A stretch of 64,000 nt of DNA from Octopus sinensis (taxonomy: Eukaryota). Position 1 is the first letter of the stretch. Each line of letters starts with the position of its first letter. Positions 14,620 to 28,957 of this stretch are shown piece by piece. Both the position numbers and the translations under genes were made by a program. The DNA lies in assembly GCF_006345805.1 (NCBI RefSeq), contig NC_043001.1, positions 39,618,001-39,682,000 on the forward strand, read 5' to 3'. The notes under the pieces are model-generated. The model made no database searches. It saw only the letters and a list, made by a program, of their open reading frames with translations, and was not told where the DNA came from.

Positions 14620-15020
14620 TGTGTCTGTGTTAAATATTCTTCTTAAACATTACTTCATTTAAAACTTATCTTCACCTTATAAACTTCTGTCTCTCTTTTT
14701 AGGCAAGTTAAGCAACTGTATTTGTAAGACTGCAAGAAAGAAATTATTCACTAAAGTTGTGTATATGTCACTAAAAACATGCCTAATACCCTCAAGAAGT
14801 ACAACGCAAAGTTGTTGCAAATCAAAAGTATGGTGAAGGGAGCAGACATGCAACTAACAACACATTTGTAACAAACACATTTATTTATGTTTTAGCTGTG
14901 CATCTTATTCTAGAAATTAGAACTCAATGAAGTAAATGCTTTAGTTAACTAAAGCAAATTACAGAAATTGCCACAAATATTTTGGGGTTTACTAGTTCAT
15001 AATTGGTCATTGATATATTA

Positions 15021-15214
15021 TTCTTTTATTCTTTTACTTGTTTCAGTCATTTGACTGTGGCCATGCTGGAGCACTACCTTTAGTTGAGCAAATCGACCCC
15101 AGGACTTAATCTTATTCTATCAGCTGCTTTTGCCAAACTGCTAAGTTTCAGGGACATAAAGACACCAGCATCGGTTGTCAATCAATGTTGGAGGGACAAA
15201 CACAGACACACAAG

Positions 15215-15255
<41 letters not shown>

Positions 15256-15264
15256 ACACATATG

Positions 15265-15325
<61 letters not shown>

Positions 15326-15479
15326 GACAGGTCTCTTTCAGTTTCCGTCTACCAAATCCACTCACAAGGTCTTTGTTGGCACAAGGCTATAGTAGTAGAC
15401 ACTTGCCCAAGTTACTATGCAGTGGGACTGAACCCGGATCCATGTGTTGGTAAGCAAGCTACTTACCACACAGCCACTC
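15021..15479 (-). repeat. SINE family 1, full length, with internal TA/CA tract
   Basis: Reverse complement of 58335-58730 across its whole length. Confidence 0.88.
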
Positions 15480-15669
15480 TTTCACCTAGATTAAAACCAA
15501 AAGGAAATAATAACTAAGGCTATTTCTAAAATTGTTAAACTTGTGTAATCTTCTCATTGTTGTGATAAATATAAATTCAGAAATGAACATATATTTTGCA
15601 TAAATATTTATTTTCATATTTTCTTTCTCCAAGTCATCTTTCATTTCTGTGTCTACTTAGCTCTGACTG

Positions 15670-16370
15670 ATGTCACTGGCCACTAATGTATGTTGTATAG
15701 TGCATTCTTCATTAGGAAAGGTCTATATTTTCACTCGCAAACCAACCCTTTTCTTCATGAAGATGTAATATATCTGACTAATTGTGTTCACCAGATTGGT
15801 AAGTGATGAGGTGGTTGGCTGGTTTCTTAAAGTATGTGTTTAATCAATTGCATCACAGGATTCTCGGAGCCTTACACCCTCCTCATTTCTTAAACCACAT
15901 CCAAAATCTTCACTAATGTCATGGAAAATATCATCATGTTGGCCAACATATTAAATGAAGTTACCAGCCACAATAATGAAAACACTGTCAATCATTGCTG
16001 AGTTTGTCTGTAGAAGGAATTTATAAAAGCGGTTCTTTCTTTCTTATGTTAATCCTGTGTGGTGCATGTGAGGAAATAAAAGTTGCTGTTGAGTAGTCTA
16101 TAACCAGTCTCATTTTTGTGATCCTATAATGCACTCGCTATACTTCAGTTACTTTATCTATTTACGTCTCAGCTAATAGTATGCCTACCACACATCTCAG
16201 TCACTACCACTCACCCAGACGAGCTTGTACTGTTGTCTCTTGCTTGCAAGCAGCTTGGTTGAGGATACTTTCCATTTCAACTCTTGTATCCAGTATATCC
16301 TCTTGTCTCTACTGCAGTATCTCCACAATCTCACCAGATCTACTTTTCACCATGATTATATTTTATGGTT
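15670..16370 (-). mobile_element. RTE LINE AP-endonuclease fragment
   Basis: Minus-strand RSGEIVEIL, IVAGNF, GLRNEEG and FKKPANHLITYQSG motifs. Confidence 0.8.
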
Positions 16371-18039
16371 GCAGCTCTAGATTTTTAGAAACTACATGTA
16401 AAAGGGGTTTCTTCAATAGTAGACTTGTTTGCTTGTTGGTTTATTACTATATGAAGGCTCTTGGTAGAATTACACAGGTAAGATTTGCTATCATTCATTC
16501 TGTCTCAAATACTTGCTGCATATGCTACAATAGGTGCTATTTTCAACTATTATCAATAGACTCTTAGTATAATTAACATTTCTGTTGCTATGGATGTTTG
16601 CTATGACATTAATTACCATCGTTGTCTGGATCATAGTATAGAAGGAGAAAAGTAAGGGGCATGAAGGGATCTGGTAGATGAAGTATATGATTTAGAGAAT
16701 AACATAAACAGTCACAGAAGGTGGGAAACTGAGGTGTTATATACTTATTGAAAGAGAGAAGAAAGATTTCTAGTATAGATTTGACATGTGCTAGTCAAAT
16801 TTAGCAGATTAGAAACACTAAAGTAGTACTGGGTGAATGAATGTCATAAAATTAAAGAAAAGAGGGGAACAGAAATCAGTGTTTATCTTAGCATGTTCCT
16901 CATTTATTGTAATAGCAGTTTGATAGGAATGAAAACAGCTGAAATGAGAACCAGTAACATTCTTAGAAGCAATATGAAAAGAAAATATATAGTCGAGAGA
17001 GACTAAAGGAAATAATGAGAAAGAGAGAGGGCGGGGAGGGAATATTGCTTTTACACACACATATATATATATAACGGTTAGTTAGTAAGCAAAGAATAAT
17101 AATTATCTCCCTTAGACTAGTTCAGTTGGCAGTCCATATGGGCTTTTTGCATCTAGGTGATGAATGGAGAATCCCATGCTTGCAACAGTTAGCATTTGAA
17201 ATGGATGCAGGGACTATAAATTTCGTATCAGGAATTTAATAATAGCCTTGGTTCCAAGGAGTCTTTGAGGATCCTTGCTCACTCAGCTATGCAAATTTTG
17301 CAGTGCCCACTCCTGTTAATATAGGATCCCAGCCACTCTATGATACTCCACTTGATATTGTATAGGGTCCCTTCATCTTTAAGGTGCCACACCTACCACT
17401 TGAAGGCAGTTCAGTTGACTCAATATATTTCCAAGCATGAGTGTTAGTTGTGTTCACATCTCTGGTGTATCTTCTGTTGGCTCTGGGGTTGGAGATGTTG
17501 TTGCCATTGCTTTTATTGGAACTGTTATCAGTGCTGTTATTACAAAGTGTGAGTCTGGCAATATTGCTGTGACTGTTGTCATTGTAACAGTAATTCCTGG
17601 TCATAATGCCAGTGTTGCTGCTGCTATCACCAATGGTGATGTGGCTGCTATCATTGGTAATATTGGGCATGGGATTGGTAGCTTTGCTGGTGCTGCTGGT
17701 GTTGGCATGGCTGTCATCTCTGACTATAGTGCTAGTTTTGGGGTCATTGGTGTCAGTGCTGGTGTTCTGCTGCTGTCACCTCTGACGTTGCCACTGGTGT
17801 TGTTGGATGATCTGTTGCTGTTATTACTATGGTCACTAGGTCTGGGTACCACCACAGCCCCATAGATGACTCCTTCAGTTTTGCATTGGCCTTCCCATCA
17901 CCACCACCACCACCACCACCACCAGGCAGTCATTGTACTCTCTGCATGAGCAACTAGCCTCTCTTGGATTCTGAAAAGAGCATTTTCAAGGATGATGGTG
18001 ATACACTTGCAGTTGATAATTCTGCAAAGAGGTCTAGAA

Positions 18040-19500
18040 GTGCTATTGTGGAAGGCTGCTGATTGTAGAGAATGCATAGGAGAAGAAGACTCTGTCTAAT
18101 GTGTGCCTAACAGGGGGACCAGTTATAAAAGTCGATAGTAGCTTGGTAGATAAAGCAATTAAGGATATGAAAACAGAGAAAACGTCTAGCCCATCAGTAA
18201 TCACTACTGAGATGCTTGAAATATCTGGCTGAGTAGAATAAAGCGCAATCACCCATATAGTTAATCAGATTGTGCATGAGGGAGTCATTCATACCCAATG
18301 ACTGGTGTAGCAGTATCATAGTCAACTGCTACAAAGGTAAAGGTAACATCTTAGACAGAAATAATTACAGAGGTATCAAAATGCTGCAGAAGCTAGGGAT
18401 TGATGTGTGGTTGGTGAGAGCAGTACAAGTCATTTACAAGGATGCTGTCAGTAAGGTGAAAGTCAGCAATGAGTATAACAAGGAATCTAGGGTATAGGTA
18501 GGTGTTCAATGATTGGTTCTCAGTCCCCTCCTGTTTATCATAATCCTCCAAGCTATAACAGAGGAATTTAAGACTGGCTTCCCTTGGATGCTCCTCTATG
18601 TTGGTGACATTATTATTACTCAATCATTACCAGACTAGAGAAGTTCTGGAATCAAAGGGCCTTAGAGTTAATTTGGCAATAACCAAAAGTCCTATTATGT
18701 AGGAAAACAAAGCACTAATCCCTTCAGAGAGCTGGCTCTGCTTCTTATGAAAAAAAGGAGTTAGTAGAAACTCCACATAGTGTACTCTGTATAAGCTATG
18801 GACATATAAGAGGTCAAGCAGTAGTTTTTGAGTGTGGCAGTTATGCAGGTACAATAAACACTAGGAATGTGTTGATAATAGACTCCCACAAATATCTTGT
18901 GAGGGAAATCCTTAGAAGTAGTAGATATATTCCAATACCAAAGCAACCAAGTTAGCAGTGAATGAGGAAGGTCTGGCTAGGAAAAACAGGCTACGCAAAA
19001 TTCAGAGAGCTACTACCTTTGTTGGTAACAAAGTGCCTCTCCCTCAGAATGAAAGGCACATTGTATGATGCTTGTGTATCTCAGTTATGCTACATAGCAG
19101 TGAAACATGGACTGTAACTACAGAGGATATGTGAAAGCTTGAAAGAAGTGAGGCTAGCATGCTCTACTGGATGGGCAATGTCAATATGAGTGTAAATAGT
19201 TTGAGAGAAAAACTGAGTATAAGAGGCATCGGATGTAGTGTGCATGAGAGAAGAGTGTGCTGGTATAGCTATGTGATACATAAAAATGAGGACAGCTACA
19301 TAAAGAAGTTCTGATCTCTAATTGTGGAAGGAATCCGTGGAAGATGTGGGACAAAGTGGTGAGAGAAGTATGTATGAATGGATGATTCTGAAAACAAAGA
19401 GACATACAAATATCACTATGGAAGGCTGCTACATGTGGAGAGTGCATGAGAGAAGGAGAGCTTTTCTAAAGTGAACCCAACAGAGAGACCAGCTGAGTTG
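18040..19500 (+). mobile_element. RTE LINE RT and C-terminal fragment (decayed)
   Basis: IVNCYKGKG...DRNNYRGIK, LGIDVWLVRAVQ and SPLLFII motifs; collinear with 22200-23700. Confidence 0.8.
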
Positions 19501-19891
19501 ACAGTAGTAAGATAGTGTTATGATGTGGGTATACACAGCTGGTATATAATGGTACTACACAAATAAATAGTAAGTTTTGGTTATCTAAAAATAACCTATC
19601 GCAGAAATGTATGTTAACACAGAACGCATTCCATACTACTTGAACATAGGTATGATACTCGGTATTCACTGTTCAACTACTGACTGTTAAACTGACACAT
19701 GTTGAACCAGCATGGTCAAACTAACACTACCAACTACCCCACTGGCAGTTCACTCAGTTCTCTATTTTTTGTAATTGGTTAGTCCACCTTCAGTTCCCTG
19801 GGGATGTTCAAGATTCTCCCATAACAGATAGATAAAGCAATAAAGAATATAAAGACAGGGAAAACCCTAGTCCATCAGAAATTATCACTCA

Positions 19892-19922
<31 letters not shown>

Positions 19923-20149
19923 TTCAGCTTACTCTCTCTTGAATCAAGAGCTAAGTTTTTAATATTATTCAAATGTGACTTAGTCAATGAATCTAGGTTA
20001 ATCTCTTCTTTCAATATCTCGATTACCAAGGCCATATGTATTCCATTTCAATTTCAGCCAACCTCCTTTCTCATTGCAAAATGTTTATACAATAAATTTG
20101 CCAATTAAAATGTACATGTGTATTAATTTAGTATTAATAATTAGTGATG

Positions 20150-20224
<75 letters not shown>

Positions 20225-20559
20225 TCTCAATATTATGACCTTTCTTCTAAGGTCGTCTAGCTGTACGGGACTAAAATTTATTTGTGCAAGGTCATTGCAC
20301 AGCAACCATTTTTAGCATACTCGTTATGCCCACCCACCCTACCCCACCACCATTATTTTCATTTGTACATCTGACAGCTTAGATACTCCTCATGTGCTGT
20401 GTGTGTGAGGAGTACATATTCTGCTTATACCATTATACCTTCATGCAGGCATCTGGAGAAGTGTCTTATGCAGTTAAAAGTACCACATATATAAATATTT
20501 ATATAATATATAATATAATATAAATATAATACTTAAACTGTCCAATGTTACCACTCTAT

Positions 20560-23500
20560 CTTTTCTTCCTGGTCAACCTACATGACCTTTTCTCAGATCC
20601 TCTTCATCTCTTGTGGGCACCAACTTTGGATATTGTATGGAATGGAGGAAACTGTGATTAACTGTAATTCACTGAATAAACTATATACCAAAGCTCTTGC
20701 TGGCAAGTGCTTGAGCAGAATTTCTTTCCAGGTAATGACAAAAGTTCTACAATTGCCTTCTTCCCTTCACTCCCATGTATACAATCTCAGGGCTGCTACC
20801 ATCAATGTTGGAAGAATGAAAGGAAGGAGTGGGGAGATTATTGAAATGTTGGGGTGATAGTATGTTGATGTGTGTGATGTGCAAGAAGTAAGATGGCGGG
20901 CAGCCTCAGGTACATTCCTCATGGATAAGACACAGAGATTCAAATTCTTCTTGGTAGGCAGGAGTGATGGCATAGGTGGTGTAGGCATACTATTAGCACA
21001 AAAGTGAGGAGATAAGGTAATTGAGGTAATCAAAGTATATGATAGGTTAATTAAGTTGAGACTTATAGATAAGTCACAGGACTAGCTGATGACCACTAGG
21101 GCCAATTCTATGAGGTCTTTTTGCAGACTACATCAACAACAAATGACAGAGACTTTGTTATTATGGCTGGTGACTTCAATGGACAGGTTCGACAACATCC
21201 CCATGGATTCCAGGGAGTGCATGGTGACCATGGCTTTGGACTTAGGAATGAGGAGGGAACAAGATTGCTGGGGTTCTGTGATGCAAATGATCTCATGATC
21301 TGTAACACTAACTGCAGAAAGCCAGCCACCTAATCACTTATCAGTCTGGTGAGCACATAAGCCAGATTGGCTATCTCCTCATCAGGCAACGAGATAGATG
21401 CTTGAAAACACAGTCTTTTCCAGTTGAAGAGTGTACAGCTCAACATAGGTTACTAGTCAGTGACTTCAAAATTAGAGCTAGAGAGACTTGGAGAAATAAA
21501 CCCATCTAGAACAGAAGACTATGAAGCTCAAAGACCCAGCAAACACAGAAATTTAGAGATTTCCAAATAGAAGCTTCTTATGAAAGAGAGGAAGAGTTGG
21601 GGACAGATGGCTTAGTGAGCAACTGGAAGTTCCTGCAGGATAATCTACTGAAGGCTACAGATGAAATCTGTGATTGGGGCAGAGTTCCAGCTATACCAAG
21701 GGTGATATGGTGGTAGAACAATAAGGTAGATAGTGTTATAAAAGCAAAGAGATAAGTCTGGAAAGACTGGGAAAATGGTGGAAGCACAGAAATATATCAG
21801 GCAGACGGAAGGGCAGCCAGGTGTCAGGTTTATACAGCAAAAAGAATAACAGAAAGAGATTTACAAATGTTCTCCAGCATGATGATCAGAGGCATGAGGC
21901 GTGAAATGTTCAGGAATGCAAAGCAGTGTATCAGAGAGAATAGAGATGTGGTTGGTGAGAAATGTGTGCGAATGGATAAAGGTATGCTTGATATCTCTGT
22001 AGTTGTTTCTATCTAAGGCATCATCTTTACGCTTGTAGCAGCTTACAGTGACTCAAGGATGAAAGATGCATGTTACTGTCACTATGAAAGATTACTAAAT
22101 GTGGAAAATGAATGTGAGAAGGAAAGTTTACCAAATATCAAACCAATTGAGCAACCAGCCATCAGAATTGATAGCAGTATGATAGATAAAGCAATTAAGG
22201 ATATGGAGATATGAGAAGCATTTCTGCATCAGGAATCACTGCTGGGATGATTAAAATTTCTGGTGGTGTAGGATACAGCCTAGTCAACCATATAGTTAAT
22301 CAGGTTATCCAAGAAGGCACCATCCCCAATAGTAATATTATAGTAAGCTGCTACAAGCATAAAGGTGAAGCCTTAGACCGAAACAACTACAGAGGTATCA
22401 AAGTGCTAAACTGGGTCATGAAAGTTACTGAGAGGGTAATAGCGCAATTGATTAGGAATTGAATTAAACTAGATGAGATGCAGTTTGGTTCTGTGTCTGA
22501 GAAGAGTTCCACAGATGCCATCTTCCTAGGAAGACAGCTGCAGGAAAGTATCTGGCCATTGTACTTAGCCTTTATCGACCTGGAGAAAGCTTTAGACAGA
22601 GTCCCCACCTCTAATACCTGGTGGAAGTTAGGAGTAGAAAAGTGGCTTGTTAGAGCTGTACAAGCCATGCTCAATGGTGCTATCAGTAAGGGGAAAGTCG
22701 GTCATGAATACAGTGATGAATTTAACATACAAGTAGGGGTTCACCAGGCTTCAGTTCTCAGCTCACTTTTATTCATTATAGTCCTCTGGGCCATAACAGA
22801 GGAATTCAAAACTGAATGCACATGGAAACTACTTTATACTGACGACCTCACTCTTATTGCAGAATACGTAGCAGAAATAGAGAAATTCAAGATATGGAAG
22901 CAAAACGTGAAATCAAAGGGCCTTCTGGCAAAGACCAAAGTTGTCAGCAAGAAGACAGATAAGAATCTCTTTCCATCAGATAAGTGACCTTGCTTAATAT
23001 ATAGGAAAGGATTTGAAAGTAATTCCATTCATTTCATCAGTATAAGTTATTGACACATAAGAGGTGCAGTGGAATCACAGATAGTTTAACAGATAAAGTT
23101 GTCTTTGTATGTAGCAGATGTACAAGAATAATAAGCACTAAGAGTACACGGGACTTAGATTCTCTCAAATGCCCAGGAGGCTCTCTTGAGGTTGTAGATA
23201 GTTTCTGTTACATAGGTGACCAAATTAGCAATGGTGGTGGATTCTCCTAAAGTATTGTTTCTAGAATAAGAATAGGTTGGAGGAAGTTCAGAGAACTATT
23301 ACTTTTGTTGGCATCAAAAGAACTCTCTCTCTCTCTCTCAGAGTGAAAGATAGATTGTATGATGATTGCATGTGAAGAGCTTTACTCCATGGTAGTGAGA
23401 CATGGGCTCTGAATGTAAAAGACATGTGTAAACTGTAGAGAAATGAAGGCAGTATGCTCTGTTAGGTGTGCAACATTAGTGTGAATGTATGACAAAGTGC

Positions 23501-24848
23501 AAATGTATTGAGAGTAAAGCTGGGCATAAGAGGAATCAAATGCAGCATGCAGGAACTAAGACTAAATTGGTTTGGACATGTAATGGATATGAATGAAGAC
23601 AGCTGCATAAAGATTTTCTGATCACTGAAAGTGGATGGTACTCATGGAAGAGGGAGACTAAGGTAGACATGAGATGAAGTGGTAAGGACTGATCTCAGGA
23701 TGTTGGGCCTCATAGAGGAAATGACAATGGACCAATATGAGGTTCTTGAGAAGATCCAGCTACATCAGTGAAACTGAATTCTAGAAGTGCCATGTGAGAC
23801 CCAGGAAGACATGGGACGAAGTGGTAAGGACCGATCTCAGAATGTTGGGCCTCACAGAGGAATTGACAATAGACTGAGATGTCTGGTGATATGAGGTTCT
23901 TGAGCCACATCAGCAACATCAGCAAAACTGAGTTCTAGAAGTGCTGTATGTTCCAGACACACTTAACAACTACATCTCTATAACTCTTCTTTTATGCACT
24001 ATGTTTACTTCTCACTCCCCAATCCTGTCCTCACAACCTTGTTTCGCTGTATCATTGCTATCCCATAGCCTGCCACCCACCCTCTATTCCCAGGTTTTCA
24101 CCACTAACTGCATTCCCTTTCCCCACCTCTACTTGTGCTTCTTTGGCAATGTCCTGCCACATATAGTGTGACCTTCAAACCTTAAGTGTATGCCCTGGCA
24201 CTTGCCACCATTTATCTCTCTCTCCTTTTACTCAACCATTCCATTTATATTCTGATCCCTGTCATTTGTGAGTATACTCGGCACTTTGCTACAATCTCTC
24301 TCCTGCTCTTTCTTGTTCTCTTTCTGTCTCCTCCTCTCTCTCTCTCCCCCTCCTTCTCCTGCTCTTCCCTCAGGCTGGGTAACCAAATGTATCTCCTTTT
24401 CAGCAGCACACCTGTTTCTGTTCTCATTCCTGATCGCTCTCTCTCTCTCTCTCTCTCTCTCTCCAGGTAATCTTATACCTCTTGTACAGTAAGACACCTG
24501 TTTCTATCTCATTATAACCTTTCATCATCTGACACAAGATGACCTTCTCCAATGCTCCCTCCCCTCTCAAAGGATTTTGTCTTGCAAGTTACCAGTCCAC
24601 ACTGTAAGGTGGTATTTGGAAGGGCATCCAGTTGTAAAAACCTTTCCAAAACTGATCTTGCATGTGCTCGTGCCACATAAAAAGCCCTCAGACCACTCTG
24701 CTGGGTGGTTGATGTTAAGAAGGGCATCCAGCTGTAAAAACTATGCCAAAACAGACACAGAAGGCTGGTGCTGGCTTCTGACTGGCTGGCTCCTGTCAAA
24801 CCATCCAACCCATGCTAGTATGGAAGGCAGACTTTAAACAACGATGAT
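20560..24848 (+). mobile_element. Near full-length decayed RTE LINE (APE + RT + long 3' region + (GAT)n tail)
   Basis: TINVGRMKGRSGEI, AGDFNGQV, LRNEEG, STDAIF, DLEKALDRV, GVHQASVLS, LLYTDDL and F(C)YIGD occur in the expected order; ends ...ttaaacaacgatgatg. The 5' boundary is approximate. Confidence 0.85.
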
Positions 24849-25115
24849 GTGTATGAGTAGTGTGTATTTTTGTGTTTGTTTCTCACCAGTTTACAACCAG
24901 TGTAGATTTGTTTACCACCCAGTTATATGGAAATTTGGCAAAAAGGGATATAGCACAATGTGCTTAGCGAAAACAATAAGTATTGGTGTATATCTAATTG
25001 ACTAAAATCTTCAAGGTAGTGCACTAGTATGGCCATTGCAGTACAATGACTAAAATAAATAAAAGAATAATAGAAAAGAATTACATGCTTAACTGTGCAA
25101 AATATAATTACTTAC

Positions 25116-25427
25116 CAAATACTGTAATACTGAACAAGCTTGTGTGGATAGAAGTACTGCAAATGATGCTCATGTTGTCTTCGGCTAAACTGACATTGGT
25201 TATACTCAATGTGCAACTTTTATTTTGGCAACCATCTTCTTGACGGCTACCAAAATATTTAGAATAATTTTGGTTCATTGCACCAGTGTATTTAGCAATA
25301 ACTGTTCCATTTTCAGTGTACCAAATTGTTGAAGAAGTTTTACCAGCTGAATTACATTTCAATGTAAATTTTTTATCCTTTATCGCATTTGGTGTTTCAG
25401 AACTTGGGTAAAGATTCCCACTGTCAT
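25116..25427 (-). CDS. IgSF gene, V-like Ig-domain exon B (312 nt, phase 1-1)
   Basis: Acceptor atttgtcttttag, donor GTAAGT. FTLKC...TIWY...CTLSITNVSLAEDNMSIIC fits a V-set B/C/E/F strand pattern, with several N-x-S/T sequons. Confidence 0.88.
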
Positions 25428-26769
25428 CTAAAAGACAAATTATTTCATAATAAATCAAGTGTTATCAAATGACAAGTCTGTTTGATCATATTCCACTTGC
25501 ATTATAAAACTAATAATATAAAATTGATACTACATTCTGCAGAATACAAATCAAAATCAGCCAAATCACATCGGAAGATATTTTATGGAGGAATGGGTTA
25601 AGTAGAGTGATTGTGAGCAAGAATCATAGTTAAATAGCAAGATAAGTTTGTCAAGTGACAACATAATATCTCTTATAAAATGCTTTTAATAATAACTTGA
25701 TACACAGAGGTTTGAGAGTGTATTAATAGAAAACATCCCTTTCAAGGATATAATACTCCTTTCCAGTAGAACAACATTGAGTTGTTACATAATTAACAAT
25801 CAATCTGGCAGGTCATGCATGTGTAAGTGCAGGTATAATTATGTATGTCATCATCATCACTTAATGTCCATTTTTCATACTGGCATGGCTTGGATGGTTT
25901 GACCAGAGCTGATAAGCAGGAGAGCTGCACCAAGTCTCAATCTGATCTGGCTTGGCATCTATGGCTGGATGCACACCAGAACCCTCTTTCTCATACACAG
26001 TATACACACATACATATATGAAATACATATATGTATATAGACATGCAAGCATATATTTATGTACATATATGTAAACTGACGTCAGTGCTCAAACATAAAA
26101 ATGTATGTATTGTTATATAGTCAACTATGAATACACATACACATGCATATATGCATACACTTCCCATTCTGACGTACGTTCATTCGTGCATGTACAACTT
26201 TCATATGAGGGGAGATGAGGATGGAAGATAGGGGAAGGGGAATAGTTTGAGACAGCCACACATGTGTCATATTGCTTAAATAAGTTCATGAAATCAAGGA
26301 CTGATTTAGCAGAAAATTTTAAAATATATTTCCACAAATCAGATTTTGATAATCTTCATTGCTGTCGCTACTACCACAATGATGACAACAATGAATGATA
26401 TTCATAGACATAGCATCTATCAGGACAAAGAATAACTATAGTAAATTGACCAGGAAGCACTCTTACACTCAATATCACCAGAAGCTGCCTGGTGACTGAA
26501 AGACTACCCTACTCTCACCAACACCCCTACCCTCTTCTGATTGCTGGTGTTTGTCCCTGGGGGCTTATGGGATTGGTGGGAGACTGTAAACATTGATTAG
26601 CTTATGCATATACCTGTACCTATTAGTTCATGAACTCAACAGTAATAAAAATATCCTTTTCAGAACAGCAGGAAAATGTACATCAACAACCAAAGGGTTA
26701 TAGAGGAATACTGGGTTATTAAAAACAATCACTTGCAACCTGATGTTTTTTTTATTTATTTGTCAGCAA

Positions 26770-28330
26770 GCACAGAACTGCTATCTCACCCATTGGTCCA
26801 CTGATAGATGATAACAGCAATCTTCACCATGAGGCTAAAGAAATGCCAGGAGTCCTACAGAAGTAATATTGGTTTGTCTTCAGTGATCTCAGTAATATTG
26901 ATGCAAAATATTTCAATGAACTCATCCTTCAACATGTTATTTCTGACATAACTTTTACTGCCTCAGACATCATAAAACCAAGCATTATTCTGCAATAGCC
27001 CCTGATAAATTCTCTGCTAATGTCCTGAAGGAATACGGTCACCAACTTGCATCCACTCTAACCAACCTCTGGAGAAAATCTTTTAACTCAGAGTATATAT
27101 TGAAATGTTTCTTATTCCAGCATGGCTTTTGTTGCAGCAGAGACTGCCTAACACAGCTTTTACATCACCTTTATGTCATTCTTAAAGTATTTGGAAAGGG
27201 CTTGAACTCTGATGTTATACACCTTGACATCAGCAAAGCCTTTGACAGAGTCAATCACAGTTTATTGCTAAAACTGTACAATACTGGAATCTATGGTATA
27301 CTGCATCACTGGATCAAGAATTTCTTGGTGAACAGAACCCAACAAGTTGTGATTGATGGAATCCACTCAAGCCTAGCAAAAGTCACCAGTGGTATTCCTC
27401 ATGGGACCATTTCAGGCCGACTTCTCTTCGTAGTCTATATAAACAACATTTCAATCTGTCATCAAGCACAGCAAAATGAAAATATTCACAACTTCAAACA
27501 CTTATTAGTGGAGAAGAAGGTCAGACAAAACTCCAGTCTGAGCTGCATGTTTTAAATCATTGGGTGGACAGGAACAACAAGCTGTTAAATGAGGGAAAAT
27601 TTGAACCCATGCACTTTGGAAAAGAGAATATGCTCAATCAACCTTACTCTCTTCCTTCAAGAGTCCTACTCACAGCATCCAATAATTTTAGAGATTAAGG
27701 AGTAATTGTTGACAACCATCTCAGCTGGAACACTTACATCAACACTAAAGTCAATATAACTTGCAGGATGAGCTCCTGCATTCTCAGAATTTCTGTTCCG
27801 GAGAGTTAGATGTCATCATTCCCCTTTCTTTAAGAGCATGGCTATACTTAGAAAACTACTTCCCCTTGTGATCTCCCTATACCAAACAAAACATTATAAG
27901 AACAAAAACACCCCAGAGAGTAATCACAAAAAAAAAATTAAAGGCATGACTGACTTTGATTATTGGAACCACTGTAAACCTCTGAAACTTTATTTTCTCC
28001 AACATTGCTGTGAATGCTAAATTATTTGCACAATGTGGAGGATATAACACTAGCATTGCCTGAGTGACCTTAGCATCAAATTAAGAATTTATTCTAGGTT
28101 AAGGCCCTGTGTGATGTGCAATAAACAGATGCTGTGCAAAGACCTTGAACTGCAATCCAGGCTTACAACACATAAACAAATTGCAACACACTTTTCTTTA
28201 ACTGGCCCTGTTCTATTTAAAACAAGTCAAAGAAGGAAAAAATCCTATCATTTTCTAACAATGTTTGGACAGATTTCTTCAATGAATGCCAGACAAGCCA
28301 CCTATAACTTGATCCATCTCAGTCAACAAT
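26770..28330 (+). mobile_element. CR1/L2/Jockey-group LINE RT fragment
   Basis: DVIHLDISKAFDRVNH...LLKL...WIKNFL..RTQQV...VTSGIPHG...LFVVYIN. Confidence 0.8.
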
Positions 28331-28449
28331 GACACCTTACTTCAATAAACCATGATACTACAAAGCTTGACTTAAAAATGACTTAATTTATTGATCTACT
28401 AAGTGGCCAATTTAGCTAAAATGTAAGTACATATATATATATATATATG

Positions 28450-28517
<68 letters not shown>

Positions 28518-28520
<3 letters not shown>

Positions 28521-28923
28521 GGATGTGCTGCCTAAGGGAAGGGAAGCAGTACCTACTTTAAATAAAATAGATCAGTGACAGCATTTTTCTTCTCATAGCA
28601 AAATATGCACCTAATCCAATAAAATTATGAAGGTTAGTCTGATTACTATGCATAAAATGCAAAATGTGTTCAATTGTTTTGTAAATTAGGTAGGCATAAT
28701 TTGCCCCTGCTTTTCAATCTCAGTATTTAAGCTATGCATAGTACTGCTGTAGTATATGTGCTGCATACATTTCTACAAGACTGTTTTCTTTATGTGCTAT
28801 AAAGGCAGAAATAGATCTGCCTTTAACTCAGTCATGTACCTGTGTTTTGCTTATTTTTTTGTGTTTTACTACATAAAAGTCGCCAACTGCCTACCCTAAG
28901 TAAATACTGATGGCACATGCCTG
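28518..28923. mobile_element. Possible hAT-type MITE
   Basis: Ends CAGGGATGTGC and GCACATGCCTG (10/11 inverted match); flanks atatatat and agatatat could be an 8-bp TSD. Confidence 0.4.
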
Positions 28924-28957
28924 AGATATATACATACATATGTGTGTGTGTAAGTTT

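Noticed and set aside
16181-16567. 128-aa plus-strand ORF
   Set aside because: It is largely antisense to the RTE endonuclease fragment and has no recognisable motif.
17437-17865. Hydrophobic V/A/G ORF as the transmembrane exon of the Ig gene
   Set aside because: It is on the wrong strand and is the antisense reading of a triplet-periodic tract.
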